A stretch of DNA of 64,000 nt from Camelus ferus (lineage: Eukaryota). Below, piece after piece: positions 1 to 13,353 of the stretch. The translations under genes were made by a program, and so were the position numbers. The stretch lies in NCBI RefSeq assembly GCF_009834535.1, contig NC_045707.1:56484001-56548000 (forward strand). Direction: 5' to 3'. Below the pieces are notes generated by a model, which ran no database searches, was not told where the DNA came from, and saw only the letters and a program-made list of their open reading frames with translations. The stretch's first letter is position 1. Each line of letters begins with the position of its first letter.

Positions 1-741
1 TCAGATGTATGTCATCTTGTAACAAGTGTGACTTTATTCTAGTTTCATTTCAAATGCCTTTTTTAAAAGTTTAGATTTATAAAATAGATGAGTGGAAATT
101 AAATGTTACAAACTCTGGGAAGCATTCCATAATGTATCATTTTAGAAAGAAAATCAATATATGCTTAGGTTATTATAACTACTAAATAGGTAATCCAACA
201 AAAGCAATTTCCTAACCTTTAAAGAGGAGAAAAAGTGACTTAGGAAATAGATTTTATATTTTAAAGTTACTTGCCGTGGCCTTTAAGAATCTTCTCTATC
301 ACTCTGCCAGGTTCAACCCTCTTACACCTGTAGATCTCAGGAATGGGGAAAGATTTCTTCATCTTTATCTGGGGGTTTCAAAATGTATGTGCTGGAGGAA
401 ATTCCAATGGTGACTTTAGCTCTCAGACTTATTAAATCTTGAATCTGTCAAACGTGTGACTATACTTTAGAAAATTGGAAAATTCAAAAAGAAAAGATGA
501 AAAAAATAAACTCTAGGAACACTTCAACAGTGTAAACCTGGCAAAGCTCAAAGAAAGAAGAGATTCAACTTTCAATGTTTGCTTCTTCCTCAATAATAGT
601 CTTATGGAATCCACAAATTTCAACATTTTTCTCATTACAAATGGAGGAGTCAGTCATATGAGGACACCCAAAATGAGTTTCACCAAGTACTCTTCTCTGG
701 GTTAGACCTCATTTGCTCAGGCAGAGGGGAAGAAGGGTTGA

Positions 742-932
742 GACTGTGGCTCTAGAGCGAGACTGTGATCTACTTTTAATTCTGTCATTTTCTATTTGTG
801 TGACCTTGGGCAAACCTATTTTTATTTCTTTGTCTCAATTTCTTTATCTATAAAGTGAGGACAATAGCACCTTCCTGATAGGTTATTTTGAGGATTAAAT
901 GTGCTAATATATCTAAGGTATAGAATAGTGCC
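742..932 (+). mobile_element. MIR SINE relic
   Basis: MIR core-like text: tgtgtgaccttgggcaaa...tctcaatttctttatctataaagtgaggacaatagcacc...gaggattaaatg. Confidence 0.75.
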
Positions 933-2600
933 TCATTCACGACATGCTCTCTGTTACTACCTGAAAGACTAGCTATTCAGTCAAGGGAGAGGTATCAATG
1001 TGTCTGCTCTGTGTCTTACATGCAGACAAAATAGTACCATACCTCAGCGCTATAGTTCAGGCTGCTGGCTAACAGTCCACAATGCAGTAATACAGCACAG
1101 TAGGATCACTCACTTACCTTCGTCATATAAAGGGGTTTTACAGTATAATCCTTTATTTACCCTAAAACATTCCTTTTTATAATACAATAGATTGGATACC
1201 AAATAATTCCATGCACACCCAGACTAAACTCACTAATGCCAAATATGAACCTAAGTTAAAATTTAATATGCTTGCCTTATTCAAAAAATTTCCTTTGATT
1301 TAAAAGAGATGCAAAAAGAATTGCTAGTTACATGACATCTGGCTAGAAGTGCCCAGTGCAACTTTTCCCCACTTCTCTATAAAAACCTATACAGACAGAA
1401 ATGAAAAATGAAAATTTTCAATACTGCAAACAAAAACCATAGCCAAATGACAGCCTCTAGATATCCTGAGGTAGATGAAGTAAGTTGAGCAAAAATTATT
1501 AGTTTCACTTTTTCACAAGCACAAGAAAAAATGAGAAAAAGGATTATAGGTACTTTGCATAAACATGTCCATACAAGCATTTCATGTACATATTTACATA
1601 TAAATGTACAAATATACACATATGATAACAGATGCATACAACAGGTGGTTTTTAAAGAGCATTTGGAAAACCAGAACAATTTGTTTTGCTCAATCCCAAA
1701 TAACATCTGAAAAATTCAGTACTGCATTTGCCATTCACAGTTTTGCGGCTGAGAATTTTTAGTTGCAATTTCTAAATAGTTGCTTCCAATTGTTCAGTGG
1801 GTGGTGTTTAAGTGTTTAACTACAAGCGTTCCAATCAACTCATCAAGCAAGCAATTTGTGACCCTATAGCTTAGCATAGAGCTTGCCACAGAGTAGGTAT
1901 TTAATTAATGTTTCCTGCTATGAAAGCCAAAAATCTAAGTTCTCCCTCAATTAAACGAAAAAGGTAAGTACAAGGAGTTTTATAATCTTATTCAAGAATT
2001 CCAAGATAATTTGACTTTAAAATATGACACATCTCAAGACTCCTCACTAGAGGTATCTAGACTAAAATACAGCAGAATAAATAAATATAGAAAAGTATTC
2101 AGAATTTTCTTAATTATGTCATTATGGTGAATTATCAGAGTCATATTGCTAGATTTGTAAAAACCACACTTGTAACTTTTTGAAATGATATCAGAACTAG
2201 GTAATTTATACAAATTTACTAAAATTTCAAAAAATATGCAATATGAAAGTTATGTTTTTAATTAGTCTTATAATCTAGGATGAATTCATGAAAGCACAAT
2301 TGCCATGACCAACTAATTTGAATTCTGGCAATTTTGGGCTCCTCTTTTCCTACTCTTCCTTTAGTGTATCCATTATGTTTTACTCACCTTTTTGTTGTTT
2401 CCTGCCTTAATCCTATCATTCTAGTCCAGGGTCTTCAGACCTGAATTCTAATATTATTTGATCAACACTTCAAGATCACAATATTTCATTTCTTCCTACT
2501 TACAGCTGACAAACTAATCTTTGTAATACTGTTTCTTTATTTTACTTTTATATTTGAAAGTCTTCCAGGGTTTCCTTTGTTTACCAAATAAAGTTCAAAG

Positions 2601-2637
2601 TCCTTGGTGACCTTTAAGTTCCTTGGTGACCTTTAAG
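2601..2637. repeat. 19-bp-period tandem duplication
   Basis: tccttggtgacctttaag at 2601-2618 and again at 2620-2637. Confidence 0.95.
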
Positions 2638-2934
2638 ATCCCTGTGATTTGGAACCAACAGATATTTAATTCTTATTCTCACCAAACCTCCAGTCCACTA
2701 GGTTTGGTTTTCTCTCTGGTTTCCTAAATATGTCTCACTTGTGCTATGTTTCTTGCTTTCCTCTTCTTTACTCAATCTGAATCCTACTCATTTTCCAACT
2801 GGACTCAAGTCAAATAGTTAATTTACACTGCTACTTTTAACTCCTCTATTTCATTAACATTTTCAGTAGACACTGTCAGTGCACCACATATATCTCCTCT
2901 GAGCTCATTATTTCAATACATGCCTACAGCATCC

Positions 2935-3322
2935 TAGTCCAAGAACCTTCAGTTCTTTGCCAGGGGTCTCTCTCTCAGTTCACACAGGGCAGAAATGAAG
3001 TCCTGGAGGAGGTGGTGGTTACCATTCCCAGAACCCACCCTTAGCCAATGTTGGATGGCAATTGGAGGATAAAGACTACGTTCTTCTCACCTCTCAGACG
3101 GAATAATTCTGAGTTGTAGTCTATCCTCCCTTAGAGTTCCCCACTTGATGACAATGGTAACTGGCCATGGGAACCCACTGGATAACATACCCTTTATTGG
3201 TGTCCCTTTTTTCCCCCTATTTCATGTCTCTACCTCCTTACCAGCGCTTCTTGTGATCACCCCTCAAAGGCACTATTTACTCTCAAATCCTTGTCTAGAT
3301 GGGGGAACTCTAACCAAGAACA
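2935..3322 (+). mobile_element. ERVL LTR, LTR16-like
   Basis: 3' end ctcaaatccttgtct...gggggaactctaaccaagaaca and internal ggataacataccctttattgg resemble recalled LTR16 consensus. Confidence 0.6.
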
Positions 3323-4685
3323 CACTCTAGAATAGTAGGTTCCTCTTTTCCTCCAGACTGCTGCATTGTTTACTTCTTGTATCAACCATTTAGCATGTAA
3401 TTCTTTCCATGAACAACATTTACCATCTATTCATCTTTCACTGTTCTAGGCACTAGGGATATGATGATGAGCAAGACCGGGGAAAATTCCTCCCTCCTTA
3501 TATTTTCTAGTGGGAGGAGACAGGGATGCAAGCTAATAAATGACAATCAAATATCATCATATACTCTCATACGTTGGCATACTGCATTATATGCTGCCTG
3601 GTATTGAGCTGATTTGTTACAACCCTGATCAAAGCACTGCACGGTAGAATAAGTACTAGTCCATCTGGATTCTCCCTCATTGAGAGCCAATGACTCATAT
3701 CATGCTTTCCTCAGTTTGAGAGGCCACTTGCCAATCTATTTGGTTTGTTTATTCTGCTAGGGTCTTTCTTTTTACAGCTAATATCTTGTTGTCTTTCAGA
3801 CAAGCTTTTAATTCAAGACAGGTTAATAAGGCTAGTACTCTAGGCCTAAATGGCTCAATCATTACAGCAATTCTAAAATATATTGAAAAGATAAAGCCAC
3901 AAGCCATTAAAAGCATAATTTGTTGTTTGGAGGATAAATCACAGTGTCAGGTATACATCTCCATGGGGACAGGGCAATAATGACCCCATATAGAGCTGAC
4001 CGAATTAATGCTCTCATTTCCTGGAACACGTTGGCCCTTTGGCTGATAGTTGTACGCCTTTGGTTTTACTTAAATTTCAGATTGCCATCTCTCTGATTAG
4101 ATTTTTAGTTTAAGGGATCAAATAGTACTTTTATACTTTATTTTCCCACCACAATATCCAGCACACTCTCCTTTAAATAGGCCTGTTGTGGGTACTCATT
4201 ATTTTTGAAAAAATTGATAGGTAAATAATATAAAGATCTGAGACGTATAATTGAATTACACTAGAAAAAAATTTAACTGATAGATCACATTCCATCTGTA
4301 GTGTATGTTAATGGAAGACATAATGTCTAATATAGTTCTTTAAAATGAATACTATTTATTTTCTCATTCCGACCTCACCTATTTTCAAATGATTTAAACA
4401 TGAAATACACAGTTTTAAATTATGTTAAATTCAATAGTAGAATAAAAAAGGAAGAGAAACAAGCTTAGAGAAGCATAAGGAGTTTATGTCCCCAGATTTC
4501 TCAGATGACCTCATTACTACTGCTGGGCACACAATTTGGCTTAGTTTCCTGGCAGCTAAGGCAAAAAAAGAAACATACTGAGCTAAGTAATATTCACATC
4601 TAATATAAAAAGCATAAAAATTCCTCTGCAGAGGCAAATTATTTCTTGGAAATAAATTTAGTGAGACATATATCATGGAGATTTA

Positions 4686-4714
4686 TGTATAACAGACAGG
4701 CTGTCTGTTATACA
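4686..4714. repeat. Perfect inverted repeat, 14-bp arms, 1-nt centre
   Basis: tgtataacagacag-g-ctgtctgttataca. Confidence 0.95.
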
Positions 4715-5697
4715 GTTGATAATGTTTTCATCTTTGTTTCTACCAAAGGAATAAAAACACTGTCCAAATAAAAGAGTTTTTGTTTGACCTCTTATAAAGG
4801 TTGAAGGCAGAGCATTAAATCAGAGAAAGGAATAGCAAATAACTCAGTGAAGACATTTCTAGGGGACTCTAAGCTATTAGGGTTCAGGTGCTTTATGTGA
4901 CCCATGTCTAATTTATTACTGAGCTAGAATTTACCAAAGCCAGATGAATGGATACTTACCATCTCATGAAACTGTCATTCTCATATATCTGTATTTTAAG
5001 GTAGTCTTTAACAAGTGCCCTTGACAACTTTAGCCATCAGATGTGAAGGGGCAAAGTTGTCATTCTTCTATGATTTTAAAACCTGAATTAATATTCTTAT
5101 CTGAACAGCCAGCTCATTTTGTCATGAATATGGGTAGGAGCCCTAATTTTTCTCTGCAAAAGAACTCTGCATATTGTCATTGACTCTCAAGAGTTCCTAA
5201 TCACATAACATGGAAGAAAATTTGGACTGGAAACGTTGAGGGAGTGGATTATTGACTGACTTCATAATTCCAAGAACTTAAGAGTGCCCTCTTTAGAACA
5301 ATCTGATTTCAAAAGAACTGCCTCTGGACTCAAATCTGCCAACTTTCTAGCTAGCATAATCTACCTTTGGGTTGTTGAATGAATGAATTTTATCTTTGCT
5401 TATTTGATTCTATACTCCTATTTGCCATTTCATTTTTTTGTATAGAGAAAACTAATGAATAAAAGAAGTTTAAATTATTGTCAATTCAAACATTCATTTA
5501 TCAAACATTTACTGAGCATCCAATGTTGAGAACATACCAACAAACTAGATAATCCAGTTGCTGTGTTCACAGAGATATACTCAAACAGGGAAAATACATA
5601 CTGAACAGTAACTATACTTACATGATGTCAGCTGTCTAGAGAAATCCTTTTCATATATAACCTAAAGTTTATAAATAAAATATTAAAAAATATAAGC

Positions 5698-5852
5698 CAG
5701 AGGGAGATTTACCATAAAGTTTACTGAAGCTTAAGATTCAAGGCCCCTTCTAACGCTGGGGAAATTTGTATTTATTCTTTACTATTCTTTTTCTTAACAA
5801 ATCTCCTCCAAATTATACAATGTTCAGGTCCTACAAAAGTGCTCCTTCCCTG
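5698..5852. mobile_element. Old non-autonomous hAT-type DNA transposon (ORSL-like)
   Basis: cagagggagatttaccataaagtttactgaagcttaagattcaaggcccc...aaattatacaatgttcaggtcctacaaaag...ccctg; CAG...CTG ends. Confidence 0.45.
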
Positions 5853-6299
5853 TATCTAGTCACAGATGAGTGAATGAGAACATAAAAGAAACATCTCAGA
5901 GGTAACATACATGGAAAAGCCATCAGTCCAGAAAGGTAAATACCACTAAAACAGAATTTATCCTGGAAACATCTATGCATCCTCTCTGGCCTTGGTGGGC
6001 AGAGACATAGCACACTTTGGATGGGAAATAAATAGGGAAAATCCCTTCACAAAGTCAGGATCCCTAAAGGTGATATACTTTCATTGTGTAAACCCAAAAC
6101 GAATGAACAAACAAGCAAAAACCCCCAAATCAAAAACATACTACATAAAGGTGCACTGATGATAACTGCCTGTTTGGAATTTGTTCTGGTGGAGTGGAAA
6201 AAAGCACTTCTTAAGAATTCCTAACCACAAGTCTGACCTCAGGAGGATTTGGGGCTATAATTAAATTTATTCATTAACCCCATGCTTATAATTTAGTTA

Positions 6300-6950
6300 A
6301 GCTAGTACAAATTCTGTTCACCCACTGAGCAGTTCTTTCTTGGGCTCTTCTCTTTCTTTACCATGTGTTGCTAGAAGAAGTGAATAAACAATTTCAACAT
6401 TCAGCTTGGAAATTGATCAGCCTAAGTCATCAAGTTCATTAGGAATTTTTATACTTTAAAACTACTGTGGACACAAATGAACTTATTTACAGAACAGAAA
6501 CAGACTCACAGACACAGAAAACAAACTTATAGTTACCAGGAGGGGAAGCAACAGATAAACAGATAAAACAGATGAACAACAAGGTCATTCTGTATGGCAC
6601 AGGGAACTGTATTCAATATCTTGTAATAGCCTATAATGAAAAAGAATATGAAAAGGCATATATGTATATATGTATAAATGAATCACTATATTGTACACCA
6701 GTAATAAAGAGAATATTGTAAATCAACTATATTGCAATAAAAAAAAGTTACCATGGATAACAAATTTATCAGTTGCTTTGATACTACAAAAATACAGCTC
6801 ACCATACTTTCAGTCTCTAGCACTGGATTCCTTATGGCTCATTCAACTACACCATTTCTTTGCTGCCTTTACAGCCTATTCCCACTGCCCAGTCTCAAAA
6901 GAAATGCCATATGTTCCAAGTTTTGACCCCCCACATCCTGTACTAAATTC
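6300..6950 (-). mobile_element. MaLR (MLT1) internal sequence, split by an L1 3' fragment
   Basis: Ends ccccacatcctgtactaaattc directly against the MLT1 LTR at 6951, the typical int/LTR junction; MLT1-int-like text on both sides of the L1. Confidence 0.5.
6471..6747 (+). mobile_element. L1 3'UTR fragment, 5'-truncated
   Basis: acaaatgaacttatttacagaacagaaacagactcacagac...agggaactgtattcaatatcttgtaatagcctataatg...aataaaaaaaa; matches 3'UTRs at 31770-32050 and 52585-52890. Confidence 0.9.
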
Positions 6951-7322
6951 TCTATCAGTAATCTACTGAGGCAAATAAATAATTCCATAACTTGATGGCT
7001 TAATATAGCAATTTAACCATTCTTCATGATTCTGTGGTTTGAGTGGGTTGTTCTTCTGCTGGTTTCCTTGTGGTTTGACTCATGTTAAGTGCACTCACCT
7101 CGAGAACTGACTAGAGGCTGGTGTGTCTCATGAGAGAGATAACCATTCCAAGAGGGGAAGCTCTATGCATAGGTACAACATCTCTGCTTGTGTCACATTT
7201 GCTGATGTTGGCCAAAGAAGTCAGATGGCTAAGCCCAGAGTCAATGTGGGAAGGGACCACACAAGATTATGAATATTGGAAAGTGTGATTCACTGGGAGT
7301 GGTTATGTAACCATCTACCACA
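6951..7322 (-). mobile_element. MaLR LTR (MLT1 family)
   Basis: Starts tctatcagtaatctact, ends gtaaccatctaccaca; contains gccaaagaagtcagatggctaagcccagagtcaatgtggg. Confidence 0.75.
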
Positions 7323-8204
7323 ATGAGATAGAAGCTGAGTGGCTGCTTTTATATGGCTACACAGCCAGATAGCTTCAACTTCTTAAAATTACTCCTAGTT
7401 AGAGGATGTAAGGTTAATAAAAATAAGAGATTTGGTAAATATTTGGATCCATTATATCTGATAAATTGTAAACATTTTAGTATCAATTAATCTTCTTTGG
7501 AGAATTTTATCAATAGTATGTGACTGGTAAAATAGTCTACAGTGGCTGATTCCCATAACACAAGCTCTTGAATTTATCAAGCATTTTTTTTTATAGTGGA
7601 ATAAGATTTTTTTGGTCACTTATTTGAGCTTCATTCCATTTAGTATGTTGTAAAATGAGAATGTGAAGCTTCTGTTATTATTTCCTATGCAGTGGCCATG
7701 CTGAGACAGTGTCTTTCACAAACAAGGTTTGTTTTTCCAACAACGTATCCATAGTATCTCATAATATATTCTGACATCACTAAGTCTTTGGTGCCCTTAA
7801 CAGGTTTTCCTCATCTCTGTCTGTCTTTCTTTGTTTTTTTTTGTCTTTTCAATTTTTAATCCTTTTTCTTTCCATAGTAGCACACATATACAGACGGGAA
7901 CAATATTGTTTATAACAGCAATAATGATCAGACAGGCTAATTCTCTTGTTTCCCAGGAAATAAAAGTTGTCAGTGATTTCAAATTTTCTACTGTTAATAG
8001 TATGTACATAAATAAAAAGTTCAAAAGACAAACTATGAAAAAAGTGATCTCAAATCTCCTTGGCATTTTTAACTCTTTTCCCAGAAATTTCACCACTCAA
8101 TTACATTTGTGATGGCAATTAGAATGAGTAATGCTAATAATCAAAATAAGATAAAGGCCAAAATGCTTAATTTCAGCATGGTCAAATATGTTAATTTCCA
8201 AGAT

Positions 8205-9245
8205 GGATAATCATAAAAGATAACATTTGAGAGCTTACCATGTGCCAGGTACTATATTTAGTGCTTTATGTGTGTTATTTTATTTGATTCTTTAAAAACA
8301 TGCCTATGAGTTATCATTTATAGGATTTTTCTTTTTTACTTTTTCAAAATTGAATACAGTTGATTTTAACATTTTATTAGTTTCAAGTATACAACACATT
8401 TGATATTTTTATAGCTTATACTCCATTTAAAGTTACTATAATTTTTATATACACAAAGTTATATAAAAATAATTATATTCCTGTATCTTATTTTTTTATA
8501 CCTACTAGAGTTTGTACCTCTTTTATTTTTTCCCCTACCTTGTTCCTCCCCCCTTCCCCCTGGCAACCACTAGTTTGTTCTCTGTATCTATGAGTCTGTT
8601 TCTGTATTGTTATATTCATTTGTTTTATTTTTTAGATTCCACATATAAGTGAAAATATACAGTATTTATCTTTGTCTGACTTACTCCACCAAGCATAACA
8701 GCCTCCAGGACCATTCATGTTGTTGCAAATGGCAAAATTTCATTCTTTATTATGGCTGAGGAATAGCCTTGCTGAACTCATTTATTAGTTCTAATAATTT
8801 TTTTGACAGAAACTTCAGGGTTTTCTATACGTAGTATCATGTCATCTGCAAATAGTGACAATTTTACATTTCCCCTTCCAACTTGGATGCCTTTTATTTC
8901 TTTTTCTTGGCTGACTGCTGTGGCTAGGACTTCCAATACTGTGTCAAATATTTCTATTTGAAATATTGGTGAGAGTGGGCATTTCTGTCCTTTTCCTGAT
9001 TTTAGAGGGAAAGCTTACAGTTTTCGCCACTAAGTATAATGTTAGCTATGAGTTTGTCATAAATGACCTTTATTATGTTGAGATGTGTTCCCTCTACACC
9101 AATTTTTTTGAAAGTTCTTATTTTCCTACATCTATTGAATCATGTGATTTTTATCCTATAGGTCTTTTTTAAAGACTATGCAAACCCAGGCTTAGTTAGA
9201 GTAAATACAATATGGAAGGCCACTGCTGGTGAGTGGTAGTGACCA
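8205..9245 (-). mobile_element. MIR relic split by the L1 at ~8330-9160
   Basis: Left part taacattttgagagcttaccatgtgccaggtactat (8221-8290); MIR-like continuation after 9165. Confidence 0.5.
8330..9160 (-). mobile_element. L1 fragment: poly(T), 3'UTR and ORF2 end joined directly to the RT region (internal deletion)
   Basis: 8330-8768 is the L1 3' end; 8769-9160 is the RT region (catgtcatctgcaaatagt is the antisense of LFADDM; ggtgagagtgggcat is the antisense of CPLSP). Confidence 0.85.
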
Positions 9246-10419
9246 AAATATACTGTTTTAATTTTAAGCTAATTGCCTTAACTGCTAAACTCTATTATCA
9301 TGAGACCTAATTAGTAAATAGTAAATAATTTTGTTTTTCTTCTTAGAAAAGTATCCTTCAGACTTACCTAATTTAACATTATTAAATTATATCCCATTGC
9401 CTGAGTTAAGTTATATGGTGATAAGTTACAGACTTCTTTGTAAGGAAAAAAAATGATTCCTATGTACAAACATTTCCTGGGTAATCTGTGCCACTATCTT
9501 TAATCCCCTTTCCATACATTTTCCTCCTTAGAGCAAAGGTTTTAGAAAATATTAGTGAATAAAAAACAGTTGCAGTCCTTATTCTGATGGAGCTTATAGT
9601 CCAGTGGGCAGACATACAATATGCAAGCAATAATTAATACATACACAATTATAAGAATATAGTACATGCTCTGAAGCCAACTCTATGACCTGGAAATGTT
9701 CTTATCAGCTTAGGAGACTGTGATGCCAGTGGTCGGGGGCTCTCATACGGGAAGATGTTGGGGAGGCCGAAGCCAGGGGTTACCAAACATAGCTGTATAG
9801 CAAGGTCAGTTGGCTAGCTTTCAGAAAAGGAAGAGGTCTAGAGTTTCATCCCATTCAGCTAAAGCAGTGTGCTCCCAGAATCCGTATTTGTATTTTTAGC
9901 AAGTTGGAAGAGTAAAAAGAGCACTGTTCAGGAAATGCCAGCATAGACAATCAACTAGGCACTACTTGCAGAGCTACTTCCTGCATAGGAGGAAGGCTTC
10001 AAGTAAGTACAGTAAAGAAAACACCTCAGAGTACACTGAGTATTCACTGAGGGCTAAACAGTACTCCAAATAAAGGCTGAAAGGAGATACAATATAAAGC
10101 TGTTAAGGTATTTACCTAGAGTGTTTGAAAGTCTGTAGCTAGATTTCTGAGAGAAACTGGAAAACAAAGAAACAAACAAAATACAAATGTGAGGAAGTGA
10201 ATATGCATGGAGTCCTGAGCTCTGACAGAGATAAATGAATAGAAAAACATGCCTTGCTTTAAGAGAAATGACTAGTCTGTACCAGGGCCCTATAAATAGT
10301 GGTTCTTTCTAATAATAACCCTTAAAATACCAGTGAATTAGCTATTGTTTGTTACACCTCTATACAACATTCAGCATTTTGAAGGCACTGACTTTTTAAT
10401 CTATACATTTTTTGAAGCA

Positions 10420-10530
10420 TTTTACTCATTATCTTCATTTTTTTGGATGAACAAACTGAGGCTCGGAGAGATCAAAAAACTTTTCAAAGGTCATACAACT
10501 TAATGTGGCAGAGCTAGGATTTTAATTTAT
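10420..10530 (-). mobile_element. MIR relic
   Basis: gatgaacaaactgaggctcggagag...aaggtcatacaact...gtggcagagctaggatt. Confidence 0.75.
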
Positions 10531-10572
10531 CTGTTTATCTATAAGAGCAGGCCTCAAGGCTTGAAGGAACTG

Positions 10573-10741
10573 TACTCTTTCATTGATTCTAACATGCATG
10601 TTGTCTCCACATTTTAATACCTAAAAAATTACAAGATATTTTATAATTATAATTGATAGGATTTTTTTCTTTCTTAGTAGAACATAAAATTAATGGTGTT
10701 GTTGCAATCACTGGCATTTTCAATTCAATAAAATGAGGTAC
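10573..10741. mobile_element. Tc/mariner-type MITE (MER104-like)
   Basis: Degenerate TIRs tactctttcattgattcta ... tcaattcaataaaatgaggta; TA ends. Confidence 0.5.
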
Positions 10742-11009
10742 AGGTAGCCAGATGCAAATATTCTCCTATGCTAATCATGAATAATCTGCCTCCCTCCATG
10801 CCTGGATCGCTGCTTTTTATTTTCTAATCACAATCTATTTTCTTCAGGACATTTTTTCAGGATATTTTCACAAATATTTTGATACAAGCTTAATATATCT
10901 TATTGCTGACCTCAGCATTGCTGTGAGGGCTTGCTGATTACCATCAATCTACAGATATTATTTAAACTGATTCCATTATGTAAGGTGCTCAATTTTTTTA
11001 AGCCTACTA

Positions 11010-11125
11010 CCACCAACTCAGTTTCCAGATAAAGAAACTGAAAATTAGAGAAAGTAAATTATTTGCCCAAAGTCAGGTAGCTAATAAGTGACAAAACTAG
11101 ATTTTAATCTTTAGTTGACTAGCTG
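11010..11125 (-). mobile_element. MIR relic
   Basis: cagataaagaaactgaaaattagagaaagtaaattatttgcccaaagtcaggtagctaataagtg. Confidence 0.7.
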
Positions 11126-11239
11126 TTTGTTAGAGCCCTTTCTCATGTACAATACTACTTTCTACATCAAGATGTTGAAGCTCGTATGTATATTACACTC
11201 CCCCTCCACTCTTTAAAGAAAAGTCCTCTTAAAAACATC

Positions 11240-11660
11240 ATTATTTGTAGATAAAGACAAGCTTATTTTAAAATTTTATGGAATTCAAAGGAACTAAAAT
11301 AGCTAGAACCATTCTGAAAAACAAGAATAAAGTTGGAGGAATCCCATTACTCAATGTTAAGACTTACTATGCAGCTACAGTAATTAAGACAATGTAGTAT
11401 TGGTGGAGGAATAAACTCATAGAGTAATAGAATAGAATAGAAAACATAAATATGAGCAACTTCCTTTTGACAAAAGAGCAAAAGCATTCAAGGAAGAATA
11501 AAAAACCTTTTCAACAAATGACAGTGGAACAACTGGACATCAACAGGCAGAAAAATTAAACTTGACCTAGACCTTACATTTTGTACAAAAATTAACTTCA
11601 AAATGAACCATAAATCTAAATGTAAAACATAAAACTATAAAACTTGTAGAAGAGAACACA
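11240..11660 (+). mobile_element. Old L1 (L1M) ORF2 fragment
   Basis: Decayed ORF2 text: aagaataaagttggaggaatc, gcagctacagtaattaagacaatgtagtattgg, ttttcaacaaatg. Confidence 0.8.
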
Positions 11661-12570
11661 TCTAAGAACTCATCACATGCTTTTCTATTACGTAGATAAC
11701 CTTTGGTGTTCTATTTAACTTCCTTCTTTCTGCTACTATATATTTTTAAGTTATTTTCTTAGTAGTTGCCCTGGGGATTACAATTAGCATCTTAATTTAT
11801 TTCACATTAATAGCAACTTAATTTTAATACTATGCCAAAATTCTGCTCCAGAATAGTGCCTTTCCTAACCCCACTTCTCTGTGCTATTCTTGTCATACAA
11901 ATTACTTTTTTATCTATAAGTCCATTAAATAAATTTTTATAATTATGGCTTTATGTTAGCTTATAAGTCAGATAGCAGAAGAAAAGAGTGCAAACAAAAA
12001 TACGTATACACTCTATTTTATATTACCTATATAGTTGCCTTCAGTGGTCTTTATTTCTTCGTGTGGATTTGAGTTACTATCTACCGTCATTTGATTGTTT
12101 TTGACAAACACCCTGACAGGACTCTTTCCACTGAGCAAGTGCAGGTAAAATACAGATGAATCCTATAAATGGGGCTTTTCCAGGCAGATGCCAGACATGT
12201 CAAATAGTGACAATTCTCTGGTAACTAGACTTTTGAGGAAGCTTCAAATCAATGCTTCTCCACCCCCACCTCCACCCCTTCAACAGTGTCTGCTAGTCTT
12301 TTGGCTTTCATACCTAACATGGTGTGAGTCTGCTGGTTTCAAGGCTGTGGTGAAACTAAGAGGAGGATCATGGGGTTTAGTTAAGATCCCATAAAACTCA
12401 CTGTTCTCACTGAGATTCAGCCCTTTTTCTTGAATACATGCTCCCTGGATTATTGCAAGCCTTCTGTTCAATTTCCGGAGTGTTAACATTAAGATTCTGA
12501 CAATATCTGATTTTGTTCTCACTGCTTTTATGGAATAATGACATTCTGGAAGAGCTTCTCCTCTATTCAT
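11660..12570 (-). mobile_element. Old L1 (L1MC/L1MD-like) 5'-region fragments
   Basis: ttcttagtagttgccctggggattacaattagcatc and ttttcttgaatacatgctccctggattattgcaagcc resemble recalled L1M 5' consensus. Confidence 0.45.
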
Positions 12571-12834
12571 TTTTTTTTTTAATGCAACAATTGGCAAGTA
12601 ATATACTTCCCTAAAAGAAATGAGTAGCTTTTGAGGAGGTGGAATGGAAGAATGGATGCTGGGAAGTCACTCAGCAAATATTTACTACAATGAGTGGTTC
12701 CTGAGGGCTCTGGAACCTCTCTTTTAAATTTCTTTTTTTTTTATTGGATCTTGTTCTGTCCCTACAGGGTGAGAACCAAGAATCTGACTAATATGCTTGT
12801 TGCCTGGATATTTGGTTTAGTAAAATGACTTATG

Positions 12835-12955
12835 CATTAGAATCAGACAGAACTAGGTTGCAACCACAATCCCTCTACTTATTAAGTATGTGCTCTTGGG
12901 TAAGTTATTTAACCTTTATTCATTTCAGTTTTTTTGATCTGAAAATTGGAGATAT
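12835..12955 (+). mobile_element. MIR relic
   Basis: aatcagacagaactaggttg...cttgggtaagttatttaacc...ctgaaaattggagata. Confidence 0.7.
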
Positions 12956-13182
12956 TCTGAGAAATGACAGACACTAAAAATGTTGGCAATTTGAAGCAAT
13001 CATTCAATTTAAGAATATCTTTGTTCACAGATAATGTTAGCAAATGTTTCATTGTCTTCCTACAGAACTTTGACAAATACATTAAAATAATTCCAGTTAA
13101 GAATTGTTTCTTGTTTCAAATAGAGGTCATTCCTTGATAAAGGCTATGTTTTCTCTAAATGGTGGATTTATTTATAAAAGTC

Positions 13183-13312
13183 TTTTGAGGATTAACATAT
13201 ACACACTGTTATACATAGAAAAGATTAACAACAAGGACCTACTATATAGCACAGGGAACTATATTCAATATTTTGTAATAACCTATAATGGAAAATAACC
13301 TGAAGAATATAT

Positions 13313-13353
<41 letters not shown>

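Noticed and set aside
7797..8112. Cluster of overlapping 60-99 aa ORFs
   Set aside because: AT-rich composition, no recognisable domain and no splice-site support; the same applies to the other short ORFs in the track.
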